Source: Lama glama (taxonomy: Eukaryota). Taken from it: a DNA stretch of 64,000 nucleotides. Position numbers and translations under genes: made by a program. Each line of letters opens with the position of its first letter. Within the stretch, counting starts at the first letter, position 1. Below the pieces are notes generated by a model. That model was not told the DNA's origin. It ran no database searches and worked only from the letters and a program-made list of their open reading frames with translations. This document shows, piece after piece, positions 13,341-25,893 of this stretch. The DNA lies in the NCBI GenBank assembly GCA_028534125.1, contig CM052818.1:4590001-4654000 (forward strand), given 5' to 3'.

Positions 13341-13785
13341 AGGATGAAAACATACCGAATTATATGTTTCCATGGCCTCTGCCGTGGTAGAGATGAGATG
13401 ACCCCACAATAGGTGATTAAAAAGTGAATGGGATAAATTACTGAATGAACAAAGGAGCGTTTGCATTATATTAATGGAAATTTAAAAGGATAATGACATT
13501 AGATGACATTTTTGAGGACTTAATTTGTGTCAGGCAGGGTGCTAAGGATTTTAAGCACTATCTCATTTAATCCTCATAAGAAATTTATGAAAAAAATTGT
13601 TCCTTTAAAAGATAATTCTACATATTTGGTAAAGGTGTAAAGAGAACAAGGAATTATGAATGACAAAACAATCAGGATATTAGTTAATACTGGTTGGTGG
13701 GAAAAGCCAGCTGTCGTGGGATGGGGAGGTGGGTTTGTGGAGACACAACAGAGATTATATGGATGTATGTTGTTTCATCTTTAAA

Positions 13786-13949
13786 AATCTATTTATTATT
13801 TTATTTTTTGGGGGGGGAGAGGGGAAGGTCATTAGGTCTATTTGTTTATTTATTATTGTTTATTTTTTAAATGGAGATACTGGGGACTGAACCCAGGACC
13901 TCATGCATACTAAGCACGCACTCTAACGCTTGAGCTCTACCCTCCCCCC
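13786..13949 (-). mobile_element. vic-1-type SINE
   Basis: Reverse-complement head at about 13872-13949; T-rich tail; TSD tgtttcatcttt / tgtatcattttt. Confidence 0.88.
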
Positions 13950-13975
13950 TTGTATCATTTTTAAAGTTGTACATG

Positions 13976-14542
13976 TGTTACTGAACGAAAGTTTGTGTGC
14001 TCGATGCACAGTGAGCCTAAACAAACGGAAACATCAGAGTTTGGAGCTAAGAAAGTTTTACTGCAGAGCCAAGCAAAGAGAATGGGTGGCTTGTGCTCAG
14101 AAACCTTGAACTCTCTGATGGTTTTCGGGGAGAAGTTTTTAAAGGCAAAATTGAGAGTGAGGGCTGCAGGGTGTGTGACGTTCTTCTGATTGGTTGGTGG
14201 TGAGGTCACAGGGCGGTGTTCCAGGAGCCCTGTGCTCAGCCTGAAGCTGCCACCCTCCCCTGGGCAGGGCCTCAGGTCCTGCAGAAGAACTCGGAGGTAT
14301 TATTGGCTCCTCTTGGAGGAGGAACCAGGACCCTGCCTCGAGGCTGCACTGCTGTTTCCTGACCGTCCCTCCCTCCTCTCTGCATCCCCTCCCTTCCCTG
14401 ATTGGCAACTGTTCGAATCTGCCCTTTGGAGCTCAGGGAGGGTCAAAGAGGCTGAATGAAATCTCTGCTCTACTCAGAAGAAGTGGGGGACACGGAAAGG
14501 GTTTGAACCAGGAAGGACCCCACGGGGTCCTGCTCTGTTTCA
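13976..14542 (-). mobile_element. ERV1-class solo LTR
   Basis: TG...CA ends (tgttactg ... ctgtttca); CCAAT box (ctgattggttggtgg); shares blocks with the LTR at 52.3-52.8 kb. Confidence 0.8.
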
Positions 14543-15139
14543 CCCTCACAAGGAGGCCCCCAGCATGAACTACTGATGTGTCTTCCAAAGGAGTCGTGCT
14601 GTGGGGGAAATGAACATGGGTTTCTGGATAAAATCTGACTAGTGAATTCTTAACTCCTCCTCAGGCCCTGGTCCCGCATGAACATGTAGTCAGATCTCAA
14701 GGATCTACGCTGAGGAAGGGAGCGAGCACCCCCACTTTTCTGTTGCAGCACCTTTAGGGTGTGGAGAGCAGAGGGGGCGGGGAACAGGGACCCCGAAGGT
14801 TCAGAGGCGGTGAGGGACTTTGAGAGCCCTGGGCCAGCCACTGCACTTTGCAGATGAGGAACACCGGGTGTGGAGAAGCTGGGACTTGGTTCAGATTTCA
14901 CAGCCACTGAACGGGCCTGAGTGGTCTGGAGCCCGGAGCACCAGACTCAGGACCTTCTACTACTGGTGATACTTACCCATGTTCTCCGTCAGGGCTTAAG
15001 GGCGCTCACAGAGACAGACACCAGACAGACACATACTCACACATGGGGCAATGGGAGAACAAACTAGGAAAACTAAAGCAAGACTACAGGATTAGGGATT
15101 GAAATCCAGTCCCCCGAAAACTGAGTTCTTCTGCCGAGG

Positions 15140-15294
15140 TTTTTTTTCCATTTTTGTGGGGGAGGTAATTAGATTTTTAATTAATTTATCTATCTATCTA
15201 TTCATTTAAATAGAGGAAAATAAATGCAGATTGAACCCAGGACCTCGTGCATGCTAAGCATGCGCTCTACCACTGAGCTACACCCGCCTCCCCC
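15140..15294 (-). mobile_element. vic-1-type SINE
   Basis: gattgaacccaggacctcgtgcatgctaagcatgcgctctaccactgagctacacc is the reverse complement of the SINE head; TSD-like ctgccgaggttt / ctgctaagttt. Confidence 0.88.
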
Positions 15295-16227
15295 ACCTGC
15301 TAAGTTTATGATTAACCTTTCCATCCAAAACGTTATTCCTTTTCTTGTCTGACACCTATTCTCTTCAAGACTGAGGAGGATCAGAGAAAACGGGGAAGCA
15401 TAACTGAGCAGATATGCTCTTCTAGTGCAAATGGGAATCCCTGTATCTTGGCAATCGCTCTAAGTTCTGGCTGGAGGTGCTGGGGGTCGTTCCAGGCTGA
15501 AGAGCAGTTCTGGGTCCTGGAAGGCTAGACTTCCCTTCAGGGCAACCAGTAGTTTGTCTTCAGATGAAGGTTAGTATCTTCCCTGGAGGCAGCTCCAAAT
15601 ATTTAGGAAATTGCTTTGTTCCAGCCCCATATCGACTCTGAGCGTCTCCCGTGTCACAATCCCCATTTTGCAGAGCTGTGCTTGAGGTCAAAGCCCGCGT
15701 CCGTCAGGCAGGGGTGCTGTCCTCCTGCTCTTTTAAAACAGTAACCATGCCGGCCACCTATTTCTTCTCTTCTCCCTGCTACCCCTGATCCTTGGGTTGT
15801 TTTAGGTTTCTTCACTGGAGGACTTCTCATTTGCCTTTATGGAATTATGGATTCTTTAGATCTGTTTTCTCCCACTTTTTTTTTTTTTTTTAGAAAATTT
15901 GCAAAGTTCCGATATGCTAGTGGCAACTCCCTTGGTTTTTCAGCTCTATTGAAATTTCCTTTGGTTTGCACATTTCCCCCGTCATTTCAATGGAATTTGG
16001 AGAATGTGACCAGGTAAATGCTTTTCTTCAGTCTGCCATTTGAAACCTCCGTTTGATCTTGATCTTTCTCACGCAAATAAAGCTGAGATCATCTTCTGGA
16101 CAAGCCCTCTCCGAAATAGTCTGCTTTGTAATGGAGGGTCAACAGCTACAGCTGCAGAAGTGAACTTAAAATTTGCATCCCCACCTCAAAATTAAAAGCC
16201 TTATTGTCCAAAAACTAGAGGAAAATA

Positions 16228-16335
16228 TAAAAGGAAAATTTGAGAAATCAAAAGTCCTACCCACATATCCTTGTTAACAATTAAAAGGAAAATTTGAGAA
16301 ATCAAAAGTCCTACCCACATATCCTTGTTAACAAT
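16228..16335. repeat. Perfect 54-bp tandem duplication
   Basis: taaaaggaaaatttgagaaatcaaaagtcctacccacatatccttgttaacaat twice, identical. Confidence 0.97.
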
Positions 16336-16598
16336 TTTATGTGAATAGTTTGAGTTGTTCATATACACACAAACGTACTTTTCTCCATAAAACGAGACTG
16401 TAGTCTTCAATATGTATATAGGACAGGCAGCTAGTGCATATCTCCGGCACTTTGATGGGTTTTTTAATAATTTTATTTTTACATTATTTTATTTAATCAA
16501 TTTTCTTATCCTAACAGCCCTTCATCCTTGAGGTTATTATTAGCTGTCTTTCGATGAGCATTGAGGGTGAGTACTTGTCCACATTCATCTAACACTCT

Positions 16599-16715
16599 AT
16601 TTTTATTAAAGTATGATTTTCGGTGTACAGCAGCCTGATTCAGTTATACTAACATATATATGTATGTTCTTTTTCACTGTAAGTTATTACAAGATAGTGG
16701 ATATAGTTCCCTGTG
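16599..16715 (-). mobile_element. Very short LINE-1 3'-end insertion with TSD
   Basis: Reverse complement of the L1 terminal region; TSD ctaacactct at 16589-16598 and 16716-16725. Confidence 0.85.
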
Positions 16716-17956
16716 CTAACACTCTCAAGCACCACACTCTGCTACTACCTACAAGATACACTTTTTTATGACCTGTTTTGGAAAACAAATCCATGGATTC
16801 CTTTTCGTGTCAATAACTATGTATTTTATGCCATAAATGGTAATTGCTCCAGAATATCACATCGTATCTACATATATATATATATTCTAACTGATTTTTC
16901 CAGAATAAACCATGCTACATTGCAGACTACTCACCAAATCAATCCCACGCTCACCCTGAGCTAGGCATTGCTCTGGGTGCTGGGGATAAGTCAGACGGGA
17001 TCTCTGACCCCACAGGGTTTCGTTCTAGTGTGGGACCTAGACAATTACGAACGGTTGCACAAATGGCTGTTTAATTTCAAACGCGAGAGATACAAGATCC
17101 TAGTGTCCGTTCCACATGAGGGGCGGTCCAGACCTGGGAGGTGTGAGCCTCTATCTCTGGGGAACTGACAGAGCAGAGCAAAGTTTTCCTGTTGCTGGCT
17201 GGGCCTTTGGTGGGCTTTGCCTCTATGGCTCAGTCTGTGAGATGGTGTTAAGTAGAATCCAATCCAAGAAGCCTTGGGGAACTATATTAACCTGACGGCA
17301 TTCTTGCTAAGATTCCCTGGGATTAAGGTCTTGCTGTGCACAAATCATTTGAATGAATTAAACATGTAATTGAAAGGCTCATCGTGTGCAACTCGAATGC
17401 TTGGCTGTACCAGAAATAAAATGGAAATGAAATCATTTTCTCTTTCAAATAAATATTATATACTGTGGGCTTTACCGGCTCCATTAGCACTATCCTATTG
17501 CACAGAGGCGATTACATTATTTATAACACATGCAGATACTAAGAGGCTCCTTCAGCATAAGGCAGACAAGCACTGTAGGATCATTTCCCTCCTTACTCAC
17601 CCACCCAGTATTTCTTACTGACTGTCTCTCCTTCTAAAACCTACAGACTGGTGGGTTTTTTTTTTTTTTTTTTAGACCCTAGAGCAAGCAGCCATTTTCA
17701 AAGGGTATTTACTTGCTCAGGATAATCTAGCACCATCATGAGACTGGAATGATAATTCCTTGGGTTGGGTCATGAATTTGTTTGCAGGTTACCTTTCTTA
17801 TATCAACTCAGGCACTCAGGGTATGTTGTCAGTAAATAAAATGCTTGGCAAATTAGTCACTGACCCTGCAATAAGTTCTAAAAAGTTACAAGAGGACTCC
17901 AGTTAAGAAAGTCCACATCATCTTCCTCCACAATACAATGAAAATGGAAGGAATAG

Positions 17957-18803
17957 ACATCCAGATGGCCAACAGACACACGAAAAGATGCTCAACATTG
18001 CTAATTATTAGAGAAATATAAATCCAAACTATAATGCAGTATCACCTCACATCAGTCAGAATGGCCACCATCAAAAAAGTATACAAATAATAAATGCTAG
18101 AGAGAGTGTGAAGAGGGAACCCTCCTACACTGTTGGTGGAGCCACTATGGGAAATGGTGTGGAAGTTCCTTAAAAAACTAAAAATAGGCTTACCTTATGA
18201 TCCTACTCCTGGGCATATGTCTGGAGAAAACTCTAATTTGAAAAGATACATGCACCCCAATGTTCATAGCCGTGCTATTTATAATAGCCAAGACATGGAA
18301 ACAATCTAAGTGTCCATCAACAGATGATTAGATAAAGAAGATGTGGTGCATATATACCATGGAATACTACTCAGCCATGAAAAAGGATGAAATATTGCCA
18401 CTTGCAGCAACATGGATGGACTTAGAGATTATCATACTAAGTGAAGTAAGTCAGAGAAAGACAAATATCATATGAGATCACTTATACGTGGAATCTAAAA
18501 AATTATGCAAATGAACTTATCTACAAAACAGAAACAGATTCACAGACATAGAAAATAAACTTATGGTTACCAAAGGGGAAATGGCAGGGGAGGGATAAAT
18601 TAGGAGCTTGGGATTAACAGATACTCACTACTATCCACAAAATAAACAATAGAACTTACTGTACAGCACAGGGAACTATATTCAATATCTTATAATAATC
18701 CATAATGGAAAAGAATCTAAAAAAGAGTATATATGTATAACTGAATCACTTTGCTGTACACTTGAAACACAATATTATAAACCAACTACACATCAATAAA
18801 AAA
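17957..18803 (+). mobile_element. 5'-truncated LINE-1 with TSD
   Basis: ORF2 end, 3'UTR and poly(A); TSD-like aaaatggaaggaatag / aaaatgtaaagaatag. Confidence 0.92.
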
Positions 18804-18989
18804 AATGTAAAGAATAGTTACCATTCACCAAACACTCCCAATATATTATAGGCTTCACACACATTTCTAATCTAATGAGGAAACTGGGGATGAATAATGT
18901 TAAATAATTTGCTCACTGCCACCCTATAAAAAGTAGAATCAGGATTTGAATCCAGATCTTTTGGGCATCAAACATAAGATGTTTCCACC

Positions 18990-19570
18990 TGTGGTGGCAT
19001 TTTAAAAAAAAAAGGCTGCAAAATCTTTGACTCTTGACACTGAGATGATGGGTCTATGTTCCCTCCCTTTAAATCTGAGTGAGCTTGGATGCTTCAACCA
19101 ATAGCGTACGATGTACGTGATGCTGTGTGACTTTTGGAGTTGGGTCCCAGAAAGCCATGAGCTTCTGCTTTATTTGCTGAAACATTTGCTTTTGGAACCC
19201 CTAGCCACCAGGTAAAAAGATTACTACCCAGATGCCACCGCGCCTTGTGGGAGCCCCGAACACAGGGAGCAGCCGTGTTTGTGAACACTGCAGCTGTAGC
19301 GGACAGTCCCGGCGAAGCCCAGACTTTGAGATATCCCAGGCCAAGTGCTAGATATGTAATTGAAGGAGCTCCAGATGAGTCCAGTCCTCATTGTTCAGTC
19401 CCCCTCAGATGTTTGACTCTTCCCAGCCGCAGCTCGGACCCTGGGAACCACAGGCAGCTCATCCTCATCACGTCTGGTCCAAATTTCTGACCACAGAGCC
19501 CTGGACATAGTAAAACTTCCGTCGTTCTATGCTACTAAATTTGGGGTGCTTTGTTGTGCAGCAGTATTTT
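18990..19570 (+). mobile_element. MaLR LTR (MLT1-type)
   Basis: gggtctatgttccctccctttaaatctg near the start; ccaaatttctgacc...gctactaaatttggggtgctttgttgtgcagcagta at the end. Confidence 0.72.
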
Positions 19571-21499
19571 GCAGTGTTGGAAGGGATCTTGGGACTTGAC
19601 TAAAATATCTTCTACCTACTAACCAGGACCTCACCGATTTCTAACTAAGAGGTTACACCCTGGTGGTTAATGAGCTAAGTCTGGCATTCAGAAGGGTTTC
19701 GTTTGGCTCCCAGCATTTTAAGTTTTAATAATGATTCAGTTTTACGTGAAAGCTGAATTTCCGGCTGCTCTGGGAAGATCAGAAGATCTGGAAACACTGG
19801 GCTTTCCTCCTGGTAAGAAAACAGTGTTGTGATTCTGAGTAGCAGCTGCCTCCTTCACGCGGGCCTTTGCTCTCAAGTGTTAGAGCCCTCAGAGCTGCCG
19901 GCTGCACCCCCGGCCCTCCTTCCTGCCTGCTTACGGTGTGCATTTGTGTTTTCAGGCTTGAGAGATAGACGATCTCGTAGCCTGTTTTCAGGTGTTGAAA
20001 AGTGCTTAAGAATTCTTGTTTCTTCCACTTTTCTCTTCCAGAATTCAAGTTCAGGTTGCATTATCGCAATCTATTTTGGATGTAATTACAGTGATGACTG
20101 GAATACCCTTTAATGTTATAAAATAGTGCAGCTTAAAACGCGCATTAAATCCCCAATCTTACATTTAAGCATCCATCTGTCATGATAAAGATGGAAGAGA
20201 AGTCAGCTAACTGTTTAATTAGGAAAAAAAAAAATCTCGATCTTGCACTGAGCTTTGAAAAAGAAGGGTATCTTTCAATTGTGGACTTAATGCTCACTCT
20301 ATTTAGGACTTACAGATGGATTTGTTCTGGGGGAAGACCTTTCTTTACCAGAGCCCTTTCTGGAAGAGAAGTTGGATTTTGGCATGGGTCCATCCCTCTG
20401 TGGTTCCTGAGTTGAAACCCAGCTCTTTTGTGTGGCCGTGATAAATCATTTGATTTAGGAGAGCCATCAGTGGATGTAACTGCTATTTACTTTGCTAGGG
20501 TTAGTGGAATTAGTATGTGATGGCTTGCGCAGGGTCTGAAGGGATAAGAGGAAGAGGAAGAGAAATTTCGTATCTACTGAATGCTTAAAACTCTGAGCAG
20601 AGCACAATAAGCCATATCTACTTTAATTGGCAGAAGGGAATGTCTTAAATTTTCTTTTCACTCGAGTTTCAGGATTAAAGAAGGGGGGACGTGATCACCA
20701 AGGGAGCTGCGGTAACGCTTTCGTCCAGAGATGTTTAATAAAAAACCAGGCTTTCTAGACAGGAGAAAGTCCTTTCGACTTCGGAGTGGGGCCGAAGATA
20801 AGGAAGGTCAAGGAAAACTTGGTGACTTCTGGAAATCTCCATCAGAGCTTTAATAGCTGTTGTACAGTTTGGTCAGCGGCCACAGACCTGTAGCAGAAAG
20901 CCTTACAACGCTGTCTCGAAATTGTCATTGGTGTTTACTGTTATTCTGATGAGGCTAACGCCATCTTTATAACCCATCCGTGGCTTCAGATGATTTCTTT
21001 GGCCCTGTTCAGCACGATGTAAATCACAAAGGGGACCATCTACCTCCTATACAAAGTGCCACATAGCAGGGCTATGGTTTTGGCTTCTGATTTTTGTGTT
21101 TAGGTTTCCCATTTTAGGAGAACTGTTGAAGTCAATCTGTGGATAGTTGCTGAGAGGGGTCCCAGCAGGGAGCCTTGGGTGCTGATTGCAATAATGCTTT
21201 TGGCCATTAGAAATCAGCAGTGAATGACTAAGCCCGCTAGGTAGCCTTCAAGAACAGTCACAGAAAAATCATGGATGGACACACAATGACGTAGGTTCTT
21301 TCCATGAAGAAAGCATGCCATTTTCTAGTATTCCAAAAAATAAAACAGCAGTACAACTTTCTCCCCATTTAGTGGCCATGTGAACCTTCTTCTTTCCTTT
21401 CAAGGGAGTGTTTAGTCCAGTCCTTTATGTCTGATGACTAACACCTGTCCCATCGTGCTGGCTGCTGTCATGTACTAGCCAGTCTTCTTCAGGAATAAA

Positions 21500-22950
21500 A
21501 AGTTTCATTCCCCAGCTTGTGAAACTGTGACTAGCAAAACCCCACAGCTGCCCATTCCCTGCTGGGTTTGTCTTGGCAGAAAAAACCCACATCCAAAGTG
21601 ACCATTCTCCCAGGGGCGACACATGTGACATCCGGTCACTGATCATGTAGGGACATCTAAACGCCCACAGAACCACCCTCTCTCCTGACACTCACTGCAG
21701 GAGTCGGGCATCTCTAAGACCACGCTCAAGTTCAATAATTCACTAGAGGGACTCAGAGAACTCACTGAAAACTGTTACGATCATGGTTACAGTTTATTAC
21801 AGTGAAAGGATACAGGTGAAAATCATCCAAGGTAGAAACTCGGAGGACAGCGCCCAGGAAATTTCCACATACGGCGCCTCCAGTCATCCTCTCCCAGCGG
21901 AACTGCGGACAGCGCTGAACTCCCCAGCAACGGTGTGTAGCAGACACCTGGAGTGCTGGCAGCCAGGTGGGCACACCTGAGCCTTAGTGTCCAGAGTTTT
22001 TATTTGGGGCTCCATCACACAGACGTGGTTGGCTGCCCAGATGGACTCCTCTAGAGGTCAAGCTGATACCTTGTGACCTCGAAAACCTCCCATAAATCAC
22101 ATTGTTAGACTACACTATGGACCGAGGGTCTTAGGTAAACAAAAATACTCTTCATCCGGCAGGACATTCCAAAGGCTTGGTTATGATCTCCCAGGAGCTG
22201 AGGACAAAGGCAGGACTTCTCTTTGGGCAGATTTAAACTCTTTTACAACACCTAGGATGTAAAGACCTCCTTCCCCAACCTGGGATGACTTTGAAGAGTC
22301 ATGCTAGTCCCAGAGCTCAGTGTAGGGTCAGCTGAACCCTCCTTTGAGACTGCGATGCAGCACAAATGCCCCTCTACCCAATCCTGTTTTCCTCCCTTTC
22401 CTTCCGCAGGTGTTAATTCCAAGATCACTTCCTAACAATTCACCTGCATGCTATTGTCCATCTCAGGGTCCAGTTCTGAGGGAACCCAACTTGCAACCAT
22501 TGGTGCCACAAGCGGTCAAGAAAGCGATGCTGGAGTGAGATTTTAGAGCTGGATCACTTGCTGGGTCCAGTTCCCAGTAAAGAATCCATCACCAGTAGAA
22601 GGAAGAGACCAGATGACCCCTGGCACAAATAACAACGTAGCAGTGCGACAGTTCACACTCTCACGGGCAGTGAATTAGAATCACATCCTGGTGGAAGAGA
22701 CGCTGATGGCGCTTTCGCTCTTCTTCCCTGGTGGACAACACGAGCATCGCAGTGTGACCCCGCAGGATCCAGCACCCAGTCTCGTATGACAGTGGCCAAC
22801 TCAGTCATGCAGCCTTATGTTGACTCTTTCCTCTTCTTTCTTTCTTTCCTCTTGTTTCCCACTTCTGCCTCCTAGGATCACACTCCCAGATAAACAACTG
22901 GCGTGCAAGCCTTTGTCTCGGGGTCTGCTTTGGGGGAAATGCAGCCTATA
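21500..22950 (+). mobile_element. ERVL remnant (LTR16-like LTR pieces plus start of internal region) interrupted by a MER21-like LTR
   Basis: LTR16-like ends (ctcagggtccagttctgagggaacccaac; gtctcggggtctgctttgggggaa); ttggtgcc immediately follows the first LTR end. Confidence 0.5.
21647..22250 (-). mobile_element. MER21-like LTR
   Basis: aataattcactagagggactcagagaactcactgaaa...ggttacagtttattacagtgaaaggatacag is typical of MER21. Confidence 0.75.
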
Positions 22951-24569
22951 TTCTGGGACATGACAGTCAGATGGGTGCTCCCAGCCACATGTTACGAGGA
23001 ACTACATCGTTAGCTCACAGTCTCCATCGTGTGTGTGTGTCCGTCCTTCTCTGTTCTCACTTGTTTCCTAAGCTACGTAAAACAAAGCAAAGGAGGTCAA
23101 GTTTCATTCTGAGCAAGACGTACACTTGAGGAATAATAGCAGTGAACAATTTTTGGATTGGTCCTTATCCGCCAAGCACCGTTCTCAGTGATGTATATGC
23201 ATGATCTAGTTTACTTGTTCACTGAGTCCTATGGGAGAGGCACCATTCTTGTTTCTTTCACACACAGGGAAAGTGAGACTGAGAAAATTATAGTAACTTT
23301 CTGTAAGTGGCTTGGTGGGTGAATGGTGAAGCCGGGAGGCCGTCTGATTACATTGTCTGATGTCAGAGCTGCGCTCTTAAATACCAGAAATCCCAAGATG
23401 CAAATCAATGAGGCCCCACGGGGGTGATGAATGGGATTTGATTACCACCATTTAATGTGCCAGTGTTAGCGCGGGACTGCACACCGAGTCGATTTTTCTC
23501 AGGAGGCCCGGAGAGAGGGGCCAGGCTCCTGCAGCGGAAGAGGAAAGCCACATTCACCAGGCAGGTGAGGGTCAGCAGAATGAGACCGTTTGACCTCTTA
23601 TCTGGCTCTATCTGATTGCTGGGAAAGGGTGAACACTGTGGTATTTATTTACGGTTCGCCATAATGTTTATGATTATTTATGATATTTGTAAATAGATGG
23701 CTCTGCCTGGTAATTTATAGCTCTTTACTTCGGCTTTTAATCATAGAGATGGCCTTAAAAATAATTTCAGTCTGTCATTAGAGGACAAATAGATGGTGTT
23801 TGCCGTGTCAGGCGTCAAGCAGGAGTGGCTGGTGACACCTGGGGAACCAAACAAAGAGAATTAGGTAATTTACAGAAGTGCTTCATTTTTCAAAACCGTC
23901 TCACTTTCTTCACGTCTGCGTGCTGTACTGAAATATAATGTTTGTTTTAATTAGAAGAAAAAGGTCATGACTCTGAAGGCAAACAGATCCATTATTCTTC
24001 AAGAAATGTTCTAATCCTCCAAGCTGAGGTCAGGGTGTGTGGATACAGGGTGCATGTGGAGGGGGAGCATTTTTTGGTTTTGAACTGCTGCTGAGCAAAC
24101 ATTTCCTTCTCCCTACCACGGTCAGCTTCCAGAGCAACCCACAGATGTCTTTCTGAGGAGGATCCGCAGAATCCAGACCCCAGGTCCAGCCCTGGTGCAC
24201 CTGCTCAGGCTGAAGTGTTTTAGGGTCCTTTGGTGACAGCAGTCACCCACACCATATCTGCTCCCCAGAGCTAAGCTCATTCAAATGAGTGAAGGTGGAG
24301 TTTCCTTGCAATTTTCTTTTGCAAAGCATATAGTCATTCCTGCATCCCCAAGTCTGCAATATGCAAGTAAAATTTTGTCACATGACATGGAATTATTTGC
24401 ATGAACTAATTTTTTTAGTTTCCTGGGACTCTGATCCCAGATGAAAACAAAATGAGAACCACAATGACAAGAACTAGAATTCAAGAGTTCTGTGTTCTTG
24501 GCAACTTCGGGAGGCTTTCTGAGTGTGCAATGGGAGTAACAGGGGGTCCAAAAATGGACCAAGTGCATC

Positions 24570-25893
24570 CAATGAAGACATCCAGATGGCCAAGAGGCAC
24601 ATGAAGAGATGCTAAATAATGCTAATTATCAGCGAAATGCAAATCAAAACTACAATGATCTCACACTGGTCAGAATGGCCTTCAATAAAAGGCCACAAAC
24701 AATAAATGCTGGAGAGGGTGTGGAGAAAAGGGAACCCTCCTACACTGCTGGGGGGAATGTAAATTGGTGCAGCCATTATGGAGGACATTATGCAGGTTCC
24801 TTAAAAAATTAAAAATAGACTTACTGTATGATCCAGCAATCCCACTCCTGGGCATATATCCAGAGGAAACTCTAATTCAAAAAGATCCATGCATCCCAAT
24901 GTTCATAGCAGCACTGTTTACAATAGCTAAGATATAGAAACAACCTAAAATGTCCATCAACAGATGATTGGATAAAATGTAGTGTATATATATTCACATT
25001 GGAATACTACTCAGCCATAAAAAAGAATGAAATAATGCCATTTGCAGCAACATAGATAGAACTAGAGATTATCATACTAAATGAAGTAAATCAGACAGAG
25101 AGAAACAAGTATCATATGATACCACTTACATGTGGAATCTAAAAAAAATGACAGAAATGAAGTTACTTACAAAACAGAAATAGACTCAAACATAGAAAAT
25201 AAACTTATGGTTACNNNNNNNNNNNNNNNNNNNNNNNNNNNNNNNNNNNNNNNNNNNNNNNNNNNNNNNNNNNNNNNNNNNNNNNNNNNNNNNNNNNNNN
25301 NNNNNNNNNNNNNNNNNNNNNNNNNNNNNNNNNNNNNNNNNNNNNNNNNNNNNNNNNNNNNNNNNNNNNNNNNNNNNNNNNNNNNNNNNNNNNNNNNNNN
25401 NNNNNNNNNNNNNNNNNNNNNNNNNNNNNNNNNNNNNNNNNNNNNNNNNNNNNNNNNNNNNNNNNNNNNNNNNNNNNNNNNNNNNNNNNNNNNNNNNNNN
25501 NNNNNNNNNNNNNNNNNNNNNNNNNNNNNNNNNNNNNNNNNNNNNNNNNNNNNNNNNNNNNNNNNNNNNNNNNNNNNNNNNNNNNNNNNNNNNNNNNNNN
25601 NNNNNNNNNNNNNNNNNNNNNNNNNNNNNNNNNNNNNNNNNNNNNNNNNNNNNNNNNNNNNNNNNNNNNNNNNNNNNNNNNNNNNNNNNNNNNNNNNNNN
25701 NNNNNNNNNNNNNNTAGATAAACAACAAGGTCCTACTGTACAGCACAGAGAACTATATTCAGTATCTTGTGATAATCTATAATGGAAAAGAATATGAAAA
25801 AGGATATATATATATAAAACTGAATCACTATGCTCTACCCCCGAAACGAACACAACATTGTAAATCAAATATACGTCAATTAGAAAGAAGAAA
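24570..25893 (+). mobile_element. 5'-truncated LINE-1 spanning an assembly gap
   Basis: ORF2 end and 3'UTR are collinear on both sides of the N-run. Confidence 0.9.
25215..25714. other. Assembly gap (500 N)
   Basis: Run of exactly 500 N. Confidence 1.

Noticed and set aside
21840..21920. REST/RE1-like half sites (ggacagcgcc, ggacagcgct)
   Set aside because: They lie inside a MER21-like LTR and lack the left half-site.
25132..25868. Long ORFs crossing the first gap, and 59602-60153 and 59620-60138 at the second gap
   Set aside because: Artefacts of translating N runs.
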